This document shows, in pieces, positions 1 to 8,938 of a stretch of DNA of 64,000 bases; position 1 is the stretch's first letter; every line of letters begins with the position of its first letter. The translations under genes were made by a program, and so were the position numbers. The notes below the pieces were generated by a model that was not told the DNA's origin, did no database searches, and worked only from the letters and a program-made list of their open reading frames with translations. The DNA lies in NCBI GenBank assembly GCA_963801335.1, contig CAWDEQ010000001.1:1452237-1516236 (forward strand). Reading direction: 5' to 3'. This stretch comes from an uncultured Parachlamydiaceae bacterium (GTDB lineage: Bacteria > Chlamydiota > Chlamydiia > Chlamydiales > Parachlamydiaceae).

Positions 1-1215
1 ATTGAAGAGCTCCACTTGGATAAGGGGCAGCTCGGCTTGTTGGGAAGCGTCTTTGCCATCACCTATGGAATCAGCAAATTTGCCGCCGGGGTGATTTCGG
101 ATCGGTCGAATCCGCGCTATTTCATGGCTTTTGGATTGTTTATGACAGGCATCATAAACATCTGTTTTGGCCTCTCCTCGAGCGTTTTCACATTCGCCAT
201 CTTTTGGGGATTGAATGGCTGGTTTCAAGGCTTCGGAGCTCCCCCCTGCGCCCACTTCTTAACCCAATGGTACTCCCACTCAGAACGGGGCTCTTGGTGG
301 TCGACATGGAATGTTTCGCATAATCTGGGGGCCTTTCTCATTCCCTATATTGTTTCCATTTGCCTTCAGTATTATGGATGGCGCTATGCCATGTATGTTC
401 CGGGAGTCATCTGCATCCTTGGCGCCCTCTTCTTAGTCAATCGCCTTCGCGATACTCCCCAATCCCTGGGATTGCCCCCTGTTGAGAGGTTCCGCAATGA
501 TTATCCCGACAATCAATCCAGGTATGATCAAGGCGAAACGCTGACCACCAATCAAATTCTCGTCCAGTATGTCTTGAAAAATCGATACATCTGGCTCCTG
601 GCCATTGCCTTCTTCTTTGTCTATATTGTGCGCCAGGGAGTCAACGACTGGACGGCCCTGTTTCTTATAGAAAGCAAGGGCTATAGCAAGATTACTGCTA
701 ATGCTTGCGTTTCCATGTTTGAGGTCGGTGGATTTATCGGAAGCTTGACGGCTGGATGGGCTTCGGACTACTTTTTTCGGGCCAGGCGCGGCCCGGTAAA
801 TGCCCTTTTTGCGCTCGGCATGCTCATTTCTATCAGTCTTTTCTGGCTTGTGCCTGCTGGATATCCCTGGCTCGATTCCTTTGCCATCTTTGCGGTTGGG
901 TTTAGCATCTTTGGACCCCAATTGTTGATTGGCGTTGCCGCAGCGGAATTGTCCCATAAAAAAGCGGCGGCCACCTCGAATGGATTTGCCGGAACTTTTG
1001 CCTATCTCGGCGCTGCTGTAGCGGGGTGGCCTTTGGGCAAAATTACTCTATTTTATGGCTGGGATGGCTTTTTCCTTTCTTTGGCTGTTTGTGGTGGAAT
1101 TTCTTTTTTAATTCTATTGCCGATGTGGAATGTGACAAAAAACGGCAAGCCTGTTACAGTTAGTCTCAAGGCCGATCCCGTAAACGCAACCGCATCCGCA
1201 CCCGAACCAGCCTGA
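1..1215 (+). CDS. uhpC: MFS organophosphate:phosphate antiporter, UhpC/GlpT family (5' end outside window)
   Basis: The frame is open from base 1 (IEELHLDKGQLG...) with no start codon in the window. The profile is multi-TM MFS. Motifs GVISDRSNPRYF, WGLNGWFQGFGAPPC and AAAELSHKKAAATSNGF are typical of sugar-phosphate/Pi antiporters. It lies directly upstream of dnaE, as in Chlamydia. Confidence 0.8.
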   Translation: MEELHLDKGQLGLLGSVFAITYGISKFAAGVISDRSNPRYFMAFGLFMTGIINICFGLSSSVFTFAIFWGLNGWFQGFGAPPCAHFLTQWYSHSERGSWWSTWNVSHNLGAFLIPYIVSICLQYYGWRYAMYVPGVICILGALFLVNRLRDTPQSLGLPPVERFRNDYPDNQSRYDQGETLTTNQILVQYVLKNRYIWLLAIAFFFVYIVRQGVNDWTALFLIESKGYSKITANACVSMFEVGGFIGSLTAGWASDYFFRARRGPVNALFALGMLISISLFWLVPAGYPWLDSFAIFAVGFSIFGPQLLIGVAAAELSHKKAAATSNGFAGTFAYLGAAVAGWPLGKITLFYGWDGFFLSLAVCGGISFLILLPMWNVTKNGKPVTVSLKADPVNATASAPEPA

Positions 1216-1243
1216 ACATTTTCTTTTAAAAAGGGAGTATCTC

Positions 1244-4200
1244 ATGTGGGTTCCGCTGCATGTTCATTCACAGTTTTCCATCCTTGATGCATCGGCTCCG
1301 GTGCAGGACATAGCCGAGCGAGCGGCTGCCTTTGGAATGCCGGCAGTGGCATTGACAGACCATGGCAACATGTTTGGGGCGATCGACTTCTATAAGGCTT
1401 GCAAAGAGGCTAAAGTTAAGCCCATCCTGGGCTGCGAGTTTTATGTGGCGCCAGAATCCCGCTTCGACAAAAAAAAGGAATATGGAACGCGAACCAATTT
1501 TCATTTGGGGTTGCTCGCCAAGAATAAGGAAGGCTATCACAATCTCTGCAAGCTCAGTTCCATTGGCTATTTGGAAGGGTTTTACTATCACCCACGCATC
1601 GATAGGGAAGTGCTCGAAAAGCATCGGGAGGGAATCATCTGCCTGTCTGGCTGTTTGAGCAGCCGCATTGCCCACGAAGTGCTGCATGGGACGCGGGAAA
1701 GCCTCATCGCCCAAATCCGTTGGTATCAGAGCCTCTTCGGGGAAGACTACTACCTCGAATTGCAGCGCCATCCGATGAGCGAAGAGGACCTCCAAAGCGA
1801 TGGGATGTACCAAGAATCCTGGCTTCTGCAGCACTATCGCGATTATATTGACAAGCAGAACAAAGTCAATGCCGCCCTTCTTGAAATCGCGAAGGAATTC
1901 CAGATCAAAGTGGTGGCGACAAATGACAGCCACTACATCGACCGCGAAGATTGGCGAGCCCATGAGATCTTGTTGAATATCCAGTCGGGTGAACCGTGTG
2001 AAATCTGGGAGAAGGATTCACAAGGCAACCCCAAATTCCGGGTGCCCAATCCGAAGCGGCGCACCTATGCCTCGCACGAGTGCTATTTCAAGTCCCCAAA
2101 GCAGATGGCGGAGCTCTTTCACGACATCCCGGAGGCGATTTCGAACTCCTTAGAAGTGGCGGAAAAGTGCAAGGTAGAGATCGATTTCAAGACGAGGCAC
2201 TATCCGATCTATACTCCACCCAGCCTTGAAGGCAAGCCGTTCCAGAAAGAAGTACAGGCAAAAGAGGTGGAAAAATTCCTCTGGCAGCTTTGCGAAGAGG
2301 GCATTAAGAAGAGATATACCCCCGAACGGCTAGCCAAAATCAAAGAGATCTTTCCCGATCAGGATCCTGAGACAATCGTCAGGGATCGCCTCAACTACGA
2401 GATGAATGTCATCGTCCCTAAGGAGATGTGCGATTATCTGCTCATCGTGTGGGATTTCATCAATTGGGCCAAGAACAATGGAATCCCCGTCGGTCCTGGA
2501 CGAGGCTCAGGGGCTGGTTCCATCGTCCTGTACCTCATCGGCGTGACCGATATCGAACCCCTGCGGTTCCACCTGTTCTTCGAGCGCTTTATCAATCCCG
2601 AGCGCATTTCCTATCCCGATATCGATGTCGACATTTGCATGGATAGGCGCAACGAGGTGATCCATTATACCTTGAACAAATATGGCAAGGATAATGTCGC
2701 CCAGATTATCACTTTCGGCACCATGAAAGCCAAGTCCGCCATTAAAGATGTGGGGCGCGTCCTTAGCGTCCCCCTCGCCAAGGTGAACGCGATCGCCAAG
2801 CTGGTGCCTGAAGACCTCAATATCACCATCGACAAGGCCTTAGAAAAGGATCAAGACCTTCGCAGCTTATACGAAGAGGATGAAGAGGCCCGCCGCATCA
2901 TCGACTTGGCAAAAAAACTGGAGGGGTCGATCCGTAATACAGGAATTCATGCCGCAGGCATTATCATCGCCGGAGATCCTCTCACTCATTACATTCCGAT
3001 TTGCCATGCGAAGGATTCCGATATGCCTGTCACCCAATATTCGATGAAGCCAGTCGAAATGGTCGGGATGCTTAAAGTCGATTTCCTGGGCCTCAAAACT
3101 CTGACGGCCATTCAGATGTGCGTCGAGGCTATTCCGAATTCAGGCAAAGGGATCGATTGGGTGAATCTGCCCTTGGACGACAAGCCCACGTTCGACCTCC
3201 TCAACCAAGGACATACTCTGGGGATATTCCAGCTGGAATCGGGCGGCATGCAGGACCTGTCGCGCCAGCTGCACCTCGATAAATTTGAAGAGATCATCGC
3301 CGTAGGCGCGCTCTATCGCCCTGGTCCTATGGATATGATCCCCTCCTATATCAATCGCAAGCATGGCCGTGAGCCCATCGAATACGACCATCCCTGGATG
3401 AAAGAGATCCTCTCTGAAACTTATGGCATCATGGTCTACCAGGAGCAGGTCATGCAGATCGCAAGCCAGCTCGCCAAATTCAGCTTAGGGGAGGGCGATG
3501 TTCTGCGGCGCGCGATGGGCAAAAAGGATATGGACCAAATGGCCCAGCAGCGCGAAAAGTTTCGCTTAGGGGCTCTGGAGAATGGAATTCCTGAACAGAT
3601 CTCCATGGCCATATTCGATAAGATGGAAAAATTTGGGGCGTATGGCTTCAACAAATCGCATGCGGCGGCCTATGGCTATCTTTCCTATGTGACGGCCTAT
3701 TTTAAGGCCAACTATCCCAAAGAATGGATGGCTTCCCTGATGACTTGCGATAGCGATGACTTGACCAAAGTGGCCAAGTTCATTGGGGAATGCCAAGCAA
3801 TGAATATTCCCATTTTGCCTCCAGACGTCAACGAAGCCGGCCAAACCTTTGTCGCCATGCCCCATGGAATACGCTTTGCGATGACGGGCATCAAGGGGGT
3901 CGGATCCGGAGTCGTAGAGGCTATCGTCTCTGAGAGGCGCAAGGGAGGGCCATTTAAGTCACTATACGAGTTTTTCAAGCGAATCGATTTGAATAAGGTC
4001 GGAAAAAAGGCTGTCGAGAACCTGGTGGATGCAGGCTGTTTTGACTTTACCGGATGGGCGCGAGATGCCTTGCGCGAGAGCATCGAAGCAATGCATGAGG
4101 TCACGTTAAAAGAGAAACAAGAGGCTGCAGCCGGTTTCCTGTCGCTCTTTTCTTTAATGGGCGATACCTCCGAAGCGCGGTTCAGCAAGCCCTCTGCCGT

Positions 4201-4969
4201 GAAAAATAAGACCTCCCGTTTGGAGTCGCTATTTAGGGAAAGAGAGCTTCTAGGCTTCTTCCTTACGGGCCATCCACTCGATGGCTATCGAGATGCGTTG
4301 AAGAAGCTTTCTTGCGTGCCTCTCAGCTATGTCGAAAAGATGGAGCACGATGCGGTATTTCGCGCTGCAGTATTTGTGGAGTCTGTCGATATCCGCATTG
4401 CCTCCAAGTCGCAGAAGAAATTCGCCATCTTGATGGTTGGAGATGGCTTAGATCGCTTTGAGCTGCCAATCTGGCCTGAACAATACGAAGAAAAGCAACA
4501 TCTCATCAAAGAGAATCAGCTGCTCTACATGGTATTGCAAGTCGAAAAGAAGGAGGAGGTACGCCTTCTCTGCCGCTGGCTCGATGACTTGACCTGCGCC
4601 AACGAGGCCATGGTCGAAAGCTGCGACCGCGCGTTCGATAAGGCAAAAGTGATGGCATCCAAATTCACCAAAACCAAAAAAGAAGCGACCGCTGCACCCA
4701 AACCTAAAAAAGTTGAAATCGCTGAGGATCCTGTAACTATGCTATCCATTAAACTCGATGCTGACAAAATCAAGCTGAGCCATATCATGAAAATCAAAGA
4801 GGCCATCCAGGAAAATAGGGGAAAGACGCCGATGGCGCTCGACTTCTTAGCTTCAGGTAAAACCATCGCCACAGTGCAAATCGACACCCGCTGGGGAATC
4901 ACCCACAACTCCCGCATCGAAAGCCTCCTAAAACAACTCCCCTGCATCATCGAAGTTGATCATCGGTAG
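1244..4969 (+). CDS. dnaE: DNA polymerase III alpha subunit
   Basis: 1241-aa ORF with an RBS-like GGGAG upstream. It has a PHP domain (PLHVHSQFSILDA, ALTDHGNMFGA) and core motifs GPGRGSGAGS, FERFINPERISYPDIDVD, KVDFLGLKTL and YQEQVMQIA. Confidence 0.97.
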   Translation: MWVPLHVHSQFSILDASAPVQDIAERAAAFGMPAVALTDHGNMFGAIDFYKACKEAKVKPILGCEFYVAPESRFDKKKEYGTRTNFHLGLLAKNKEGYHNLCKLSSIGYLEGFYYHPRIDREVLEKHREGIICLSGCLSSRIAHEVLHGTRESLIAQIRWYQSLFGEDYYLELQRHPMSEEDLQSDGMYQESWLLQHYRDYIDKQNKVNAALLEIAKEFQIKVVATNDSHYIDREDWRAHEILLNIQSGEPCEIWEKDSQGNPKFRVPNPKRRTYASHECYFKSPKQMAELFHDIPEAISNSLEVAEKCKVEIDFKTRHYPIYTPPSLEGKPFQKEVQAKEVEKFLWQLCEEGIKKRYTPERLAKIKEIFPDQDPETIVRDRLNYEMNVIVPKEMCDYLLIVWDFINWAKNNGIPVGPGRGSGAGSIVLYLIGVTDIEPLRFHLFFERFINPERISYPDIDVDICMDRRNEVIHYTLNKYGKDNVAQIITFGTMKAKSAIKDVGRVLSVPLAKVNAIAKLVPEDLNITIDKALEKDQDLRSLYEEDEEARRIIDLAKKLEGSIRNTGIHAAGIIIAGDPLTHYIPICHAKDSDMPVTQYSMKPVEMVGMLKVDFLGLKTLTAIQMCVEAIPNSGKGIDWVNLPLDDKPTFDLLNQGHTLGIFQLESGGMQDLSRQLHLDKFEEIIAVGALYRPGPMDMIPSYINRKHGREPIEYDHPWMKEILSETYGIMVYQEQVMQIASQLAKFSLGEGDVLRRAMGKKDMDQMAQQREKFRLGALENGIPEQISMAIFDKMEKFGAYGFNKSHAAAYGYLSYVTAYFKANYPKEWMASLMTCDSDDLTKVAKFIGECQAMNIPILPPDVNEAGQTFVAMPHGIRFAMTGIKGVGSGVVEAIVSERRKGGPFKSLYEFFKRIDLNKVGKKAVENLVDAGCFDFTGWARDALRESIEAMHEVTLKEKQEAAAGFLSLFSLMGDTSEARFSKPSAVKNKTSRLESLFRERELLGFFLTGHPLDGYRDALKKLSCVPLSYVEKMEHDAVFRAAVFVESVDIRIASKSQKKFAILMVGDGLDRFELPIWPEQYEEKQHLIKENQLLYMVLQVEKKEEVRLLCRWLDDLTCANEAMVESCDRAFDKAKVMASKFTKTKKEATAAPKPKKVEIAEDPVTMLSIKLDADKIKLSHIMKIKEAIQENRGKTPMALDFLASGKTIATVQIDTRWGITHNSRIESLLKQLPCIIEVDHR

Positions 4970-5332
4970 CGGGTTTCCTTGAAAATCAAGTTCTTCCTAG
5001 ATAAAATTTTGAAAAAATGGCCCAAAATTGTATAATTAAGATAAAATTTTCAAAGAAAAGGGTTGGGAATGGCCTCCAAAGAAGAAAAAGAAATAGAAGC
5101 ACATTTAAAGTTTGCTTTAGAGGAAAATCGGCCAAAATAATCCCGAAAATCGACGAACCCTGACTTATGCAACTGTCTCTAAAGGATCTAAAGAAGAAAA
5201 AGAAAGAATCTATGTGCCAAAAGATATAGCCAACTTTCTGAGAGAGCCTGGAGCTCTTGTATATCTCCGTGGCCTAATACAAGTCTGTCATCATGCGCAC
5301 CTACAAAGAAACCGACTTCCAAAACCCTCAAA

Positions 5333-5378
5333 TCTCAATTGCCGGTAGAATGGTAGCGCCGGACGCCTAGCTTGCAAA
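5333..5378. repeat. 46-bp direct repeat, copy A (duplicate of the 3' end of the ABC-2 permease gene at 7359-7404)
   Basis: Hand alignment of tctcaattgccggtagaatggtagcgccggacgcctagcttgca against 7359-7404 gives 41/46 identities in the same orientation. On the minus strand, copy A still reads KLGVRRYHSTGN-stop, like the real gene end. Confidence 0.75.
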
Positions 5379-5699
5379 TTATGCAGTGTAAGTCAATCTT
5401 GAAAGCCTTTGTTGCATGCCAATGATCCTTTTCCTAATTTCTCCTTTCGTATTCTGTAAAGGCTTCTTTTAAGTGTTTATTCGGCTTGGGAGGATTTTGT
5501 AAAGCATCAAGGAATATAAGTTCCTTGTATTTTTCCCTTTATCTTTATTTTATCAACAGCGATTCGTCGAGCTTAAATTAGAGTGCAATTTTATTCCGTA
5601 TTTTGTATTCTATTTAATTAACATTGAAGGATGTCTTAGACTCCACACCTGCGCTGTGCATGAGATTGTTCCCTTCAAGAAATACTTATAAAGGCCATT

Positions 5700-6872
5700 A
5701 TGAATATAATTAATTCTAATCCGTCGTATCAGCCAGATCTCGTCATTGTTGGTGCGGGGCCCTGGGGCTCCTTATATGCAAAGAGAGTGAAACAAATCTT
5801 CGATAAGAAGTTTGGAGACCAAAAACCATTAAGTGTTATCCTTCTGGAAAAGCGGCAAAGTCCAACGCCTCGCAGCAATACACTCACCTTGGATGAAGCG
5901 ACGCTGAAGAACCATCCGGATATTCGTCCCATCGTGAATGACAAAAGAGAAGCGCGCATTGCCGATCTCGAACAGCATCTGAGACAATGTGCCCAAGCAG
6001 CCGGTGTCGAGATTGCTTATCAAGGTGTGACGGATCCCGAAAAATTATATGAACAATTTCCTTCAGTTCATCTCTATTGCGGTGCTGATGGCGCCAATAG
6101 CATAGTGCGCCAAAAAGTCTTTGGGGATGAGGTTGAAAAAACTATTTTGAAACGCGTCGTGCAGATCCGCTACAAAGCCACAAATCATCGCCCTCCCTTA
6201 AAGAAACTCAAATTGGAAATTCAGACGTTTTCTACCAAATACAAAACGATGAAAATGGTCGATCGCGTCATTGAAGAACATGTAGGAAAAGACTTTGTGA
6301 CAACGCGTTTCTTTGTCTCCGAAGAAGAATTCAAAGCGATGGAAGCGGCAAAATCGGCAACTCCTTCCAAACTCAACGAAGGCTGTCAGAAGTGGGTCAA
6401 TTCCAAAATCCACAAAGATATTCAAGCTTATCTCAATATCAGGGCGCGTAAAGGGGAAGTCAGGCCAGCCGAGTCGATTGTGGAAGTGACAGCCTATCCA
6501 TTAGCCATCACGCGATCCAAACGTTTCGTCAAGTTGACGCCTGGAAAGCCTGCTTGGATTTTAGGAGGCGATGCGGCAATGAATTTTGCTTTTTGGAAAT
6601 CGTTCAATGTCGCTTGCAAAATCTTGCCCGAGCTTGCTGCCCTATCCGCAGAACATATTGCTCTTCATCGGAAGGATAAAATGAGCGCCAGCCCTCTGCA
6701 CAAATACCAACAGATTGGAGACAGAGAATTTTGGTGGTCATCGCTCGTGACACGAATCATCAACCTGTTTTTGTCGATTTGGGAAAAGTTTGTCTCGATT
6801 AGCGGCCGAGTTCCCTGGCAAATCAATCGGTGGAGCGACCAACAAATTCGAGAATTTGCAGCATCCCAATGA
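5700..6872 (+). CDS. FAD-dependent monooxygenase-like flavoprotein (group A fold)
   Basis: 390 aa. It has an N-terminal Rossmann GxGxxG (LVIVGAGPWGSLYA), a GADGANSIVRQ motif (the GD/DG FAD-NAD(P)H motif of PHBH-type monooxygenases) and a degenerate GGDAAM third motif. Confidence 0.6.
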   Translation: MNIINSNPSYQPDLVIVGAGPWGSLYAKRVKQIFDKKFGDQKPLSVILLEKRQSPTPRSNTLTLDEATLKNHPDIRPIVNDKREARIADLEQHLRQCAQAAGVEIAYQGVTDPEKLYEQFPSVHLYCGADGANSIVRQKVFGDEVEKTILKRVVQIRYKATNHRPPLKKLKLEIQTFSTKYKTMKMVDRVIEEHVGKDFVTTRFFVSEEEFKAMEAAKSATPSKLNEGCQKWVNSKIHKDIQAYLNIRARKGEVRPAESIVEVTAYPLAITRSKRFVKLTPGKPAWILGGDAAMNFAFWKSFNVACKILPELAALSAEHIALHRKDKMSASPLHKYQQIGDREFWWSSLVTRIINLFLSIWEKFVSISGRVPWQINRWSDQQIREFAASQ

Positions 6873-6878
6873 TCCTTT

Positions 6879-6916
6879 AAAGGGACAGTAATTTCGGATA
6901 GTCCCTTTGTCATTTT
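6879..6916 (+). terminator. Stem-loop after the flavoprotein gene
   Basis: aaagggac (6879-6886) pairs with gtcccttt (6901-6908) across a 14-nt loop, followed by a T-rich tract gtcattttcg. Confidence 0.4.
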
Positions 6917-7013
6917 CGTCGTTTTCTCTCTTGCGTCGTTGTCCTTTGGTCGTTTGTCGTTTGGTCCTTTTGTCCCTTTGCGGCTAAACAGCCTGACCCC
7001 GATCACCGATCAT

Positions 7014-7337
7014 TCAGTTAGGCGTAACTTTTATAATATAGCCCTTGTTTTCCAGCCATTGTATGACGGCCTTTCGACCTGAGATTGTAGCATGTACGAT
7101 TAAATGATATTCCGTAGGGCAATTATTCTCTTGTAACCAATCTAAAAGGGCTAAGTGCCCGCCTCTGCTTGAATAAAGCTTGCGTCGATCTTCCGGGCTT
7201 CTCCAAATGAAGTCTAGGGCATACAATCGTCTATTGACCATTCCAAGCGGAGTTAGAGAAATCTCTCGATCATTCAGGTGAGGGATTAGGACATCCCGAA
7301 TCACGTCATTTGGAAGTGACATTAAATTTGTTATCAT
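7014..7337 (-). CDS. F-box plus ankyrin-like repeat protein (eukaryote-like effector candidate)
   Basis: 107 aa. The N-terminus LPNDVIRDVLIPHLNDREISLTPLGMVNRRLYAL fits the F-box consensus (LPdEll..Il..L....L..l..VcK.w..l). The C-terminus GGHLALLDWLQENNCPTEYHLIVHATISGRKAVIQWLENKGY resembles ankyrin repeats of the GHLevlkWL.enGCp type. Confidence 0.6.
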   Translation of the reverse strand: MITNLMSLPNDVIRDVLIPHLNDREISLTPLGMVNRRLYALDFIWRSPEDRRKLYSSRGGHLALLDWLQENNCPTEYHLIVHATISGRKAVIQWLENKGYIIKVTPN

Positions 7338-7358
7338 GATCTTAGTCCTTATTTAAAG

Positions 7359-7404
7359 TCTCAATTTCCGGTAGAATGATAGCGGCGGACACCTAGCTTC
7401 CACG
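7359..7404. repeat. 46-bp direct repeat, copy B (authentic 3' end of the ABC-2 permease gene)
   Basis: Pairs with 5333-5378 (41/46 identities). It covers the last 14 codons and the stop of the 7361..8146 gene. Confidence 0.75.
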
Positions 7405-8146
7405 TCTGAAAGGAAAGCAGGAGAAAGAGCAATCCAGCCAAAGGAAAAAGCGCGCCTGCCCATAGGGGATAATCTTCATGGCGAAGCAGGGTGGCTATTG
7501 GGTAATAAGAAACGCAAGCCAAGGGAATAATTGCCGTAAAGACATACCTGAGAAGGGGCTTGTACACTGTGATGACATACTGGCCTGCCTCCACGCCTCC
7601 ATAGGTAGTAATGTTCATCAATTCCAGCGTTTCCACGGTCCAAAAGCAGAGGCTTCCCTGGATAACGAATAGCCCAAAGAATAACAACGTCGTTCCTAAA
7701 AAAGCCAAGAAGATCAATGGTGTCTCCCATGAGAATAGGGAAAACCCTAAAGCATAGCAGCTCCATAGCAATACGCAAAAACCTTGGGCAAACCTTCCCA
7801 TGCGCATGAGTTGAAAATCGCGGCAGGCGATTTGCATCAGGGTGCTGACCGGACGGAGCAGAATGAGGTCAAAGTCTCCCTTTTTTATCATCTGGCTAAA
7901 AGTGTCAAAACCCCTTCCTGCTGCTTCTGCGGTAGCAAATCCCATATGGATGATGCCGTAAATCAGAGCTAGCTCCTCCAAGATCCATCCATTTAATGTT
8001 TTGAATCGTTCATAGAGCACCCACATCCCGATGATATCGACAAAGGTAGAAATGAAATGGCTCAACATCAGCATCAAGAATGAGGCTTTGTGCTGCATCT
8101 GAGAGCGAATCGAGATTCTGATCATCTGCCAATAGAGGCGAAGCAT
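7361..8146 (-). CDS. ABC-2 family transporter permease
   Basis: 261 aa with about 6 TM segments. It is separated from the upstream permease by only 3 bp. The pairing of two similar permeases with one ATPase is typical of the ABC-2 (COG3694/COG4587-like) arrangement. Confidence 0.7.
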   Translation of the reverse strand: MLRLYWQMIRISIRSQMQHKASFLMLMLSHFISTFVDIIGMWVLYERFKTLNGWILEELALIYGIIHMGFATAEAAGRGFDTFSQMIKKGDFDLILLRPVSTLMQIACRDFQLMRMGRFAQGFCVLLWSCYALGFSLFSWETPLIFLAFLGTTLLFFGLFVIQGSLCFWTVETLELMNITTYGGVEAGQYVITVYKPLLRYVFTAIIPLACVSYYPIATLLRHEDYPLWAGALFPLAGLLFLLLSFQTWKLGVRRYHSTGN

Positions 8147-8149
8147 TTC

Positions 8150-8938
8150 TTAACCTCCCTGGATGACAACGCGTTTTAAGGCCAGCTTCATGAGAAGCCT
8201 CCCGATAGCAACCAAGGCAATAATCCAAGCTATTTGAAAACCAAAAGCAGGGAAAGCCTCTTGGACAGGAATGACTCCGGTATAGAGCCTGCAGGGAATA
8301 TCAATGATGCCTCTAAAGGGCTGCAAATTAAGCGCGGGCTGAAGCCACTCGGGGAATAGGGGCAGGGGAACCACAAGACCCGAAAGAAGCATGACGGTAT
8401 GGGGCATCAGCCTCATGAGTCCCTCTCCAGAGATGGTCCAGAACAGGGTGATCATGACAAAAGTCGTAATTGCTGCTGAGAGTAGGGCCCCGAAGCCTAT
8501 AGCGGCTAAAAAGGCAATAAAGGCCCCAGAGGAGACGGGCGCCTGCAGTTCAAAGAAGAGCCCTGCCAGGACGAAAATGGGCGTGCAGCGCAAGAGTGCC
8601 GGGACGACGCGCATAGCTAGAGAACGGAAAAACCAGAGCCCATAGAGGTCTAAAGGCCTGATGAGTTCATATAAGACATTTCCGCTTTTCACTTGGGCTT
8701 CGAGTTCTTTATCAAAAGACCAGGGCAGAAGCTGGAGCAGTGCCTGGCCAAGCCAGATGAATGTGATGGTCTGAGAAAGGGCAATGGGATGGTTCTGCGT
8801 TTCGGCAAAAAAGGCGGTCAAAATCATCATTTTCAACAATCCCCAAAATAGTTGGGTTGTCAACCCCGCCAGAGCGGCAGACCGGTACTGGCAGATCGTA
8901 AAAAATCGGCTGAGGAAGATGGCTTTATAAGATCTCAT
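8150..8938 (-). CDS. ABC-2 family transporter permease
   Basis: 262 aa, multi-TM. Its start overlaps the ATPase gene stop by 4 nt (translational coupling). Confidence 0.7.
   Translation of the reverse strand: MRSYKAIFLSRFFTICQYRSAALAGLTTQLFWGLLKMMILTAFFAETQNHPIALSQTITFIWLGQALLQLLPWSFDKELEAQVKSGNVLYELIRPLDLYGLWFFRSLAMRVVPALLRCTPIFVLAGLFFELQAPVSSGAFIAFLAAIGFGALLSAAITTFVMITLFWTISGEGLMRLMPHTVMLLSGLVVPLPLFPEWLQPALNLQPFRGIIDIPCRLYTGVIPVQEAFPAFGFQIAWIIALVAIGRLLMKLALKRVVIQGG

Noticed and set aside
5069-5345. Small ORF pieces in the dnaE-distal non-coding region (MASKEEKEIEAHLKFALEENRPK, then ...SKEEKERIYVPKDIANFLREPGALVYLRGL in another frame), considered as a decayed gene.
   Set aside because: No recognisable family, very short, and broken across frames. 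I cannot support a call from sequence alone. It is mentioned only as possible gene debris left of repeat copy A.
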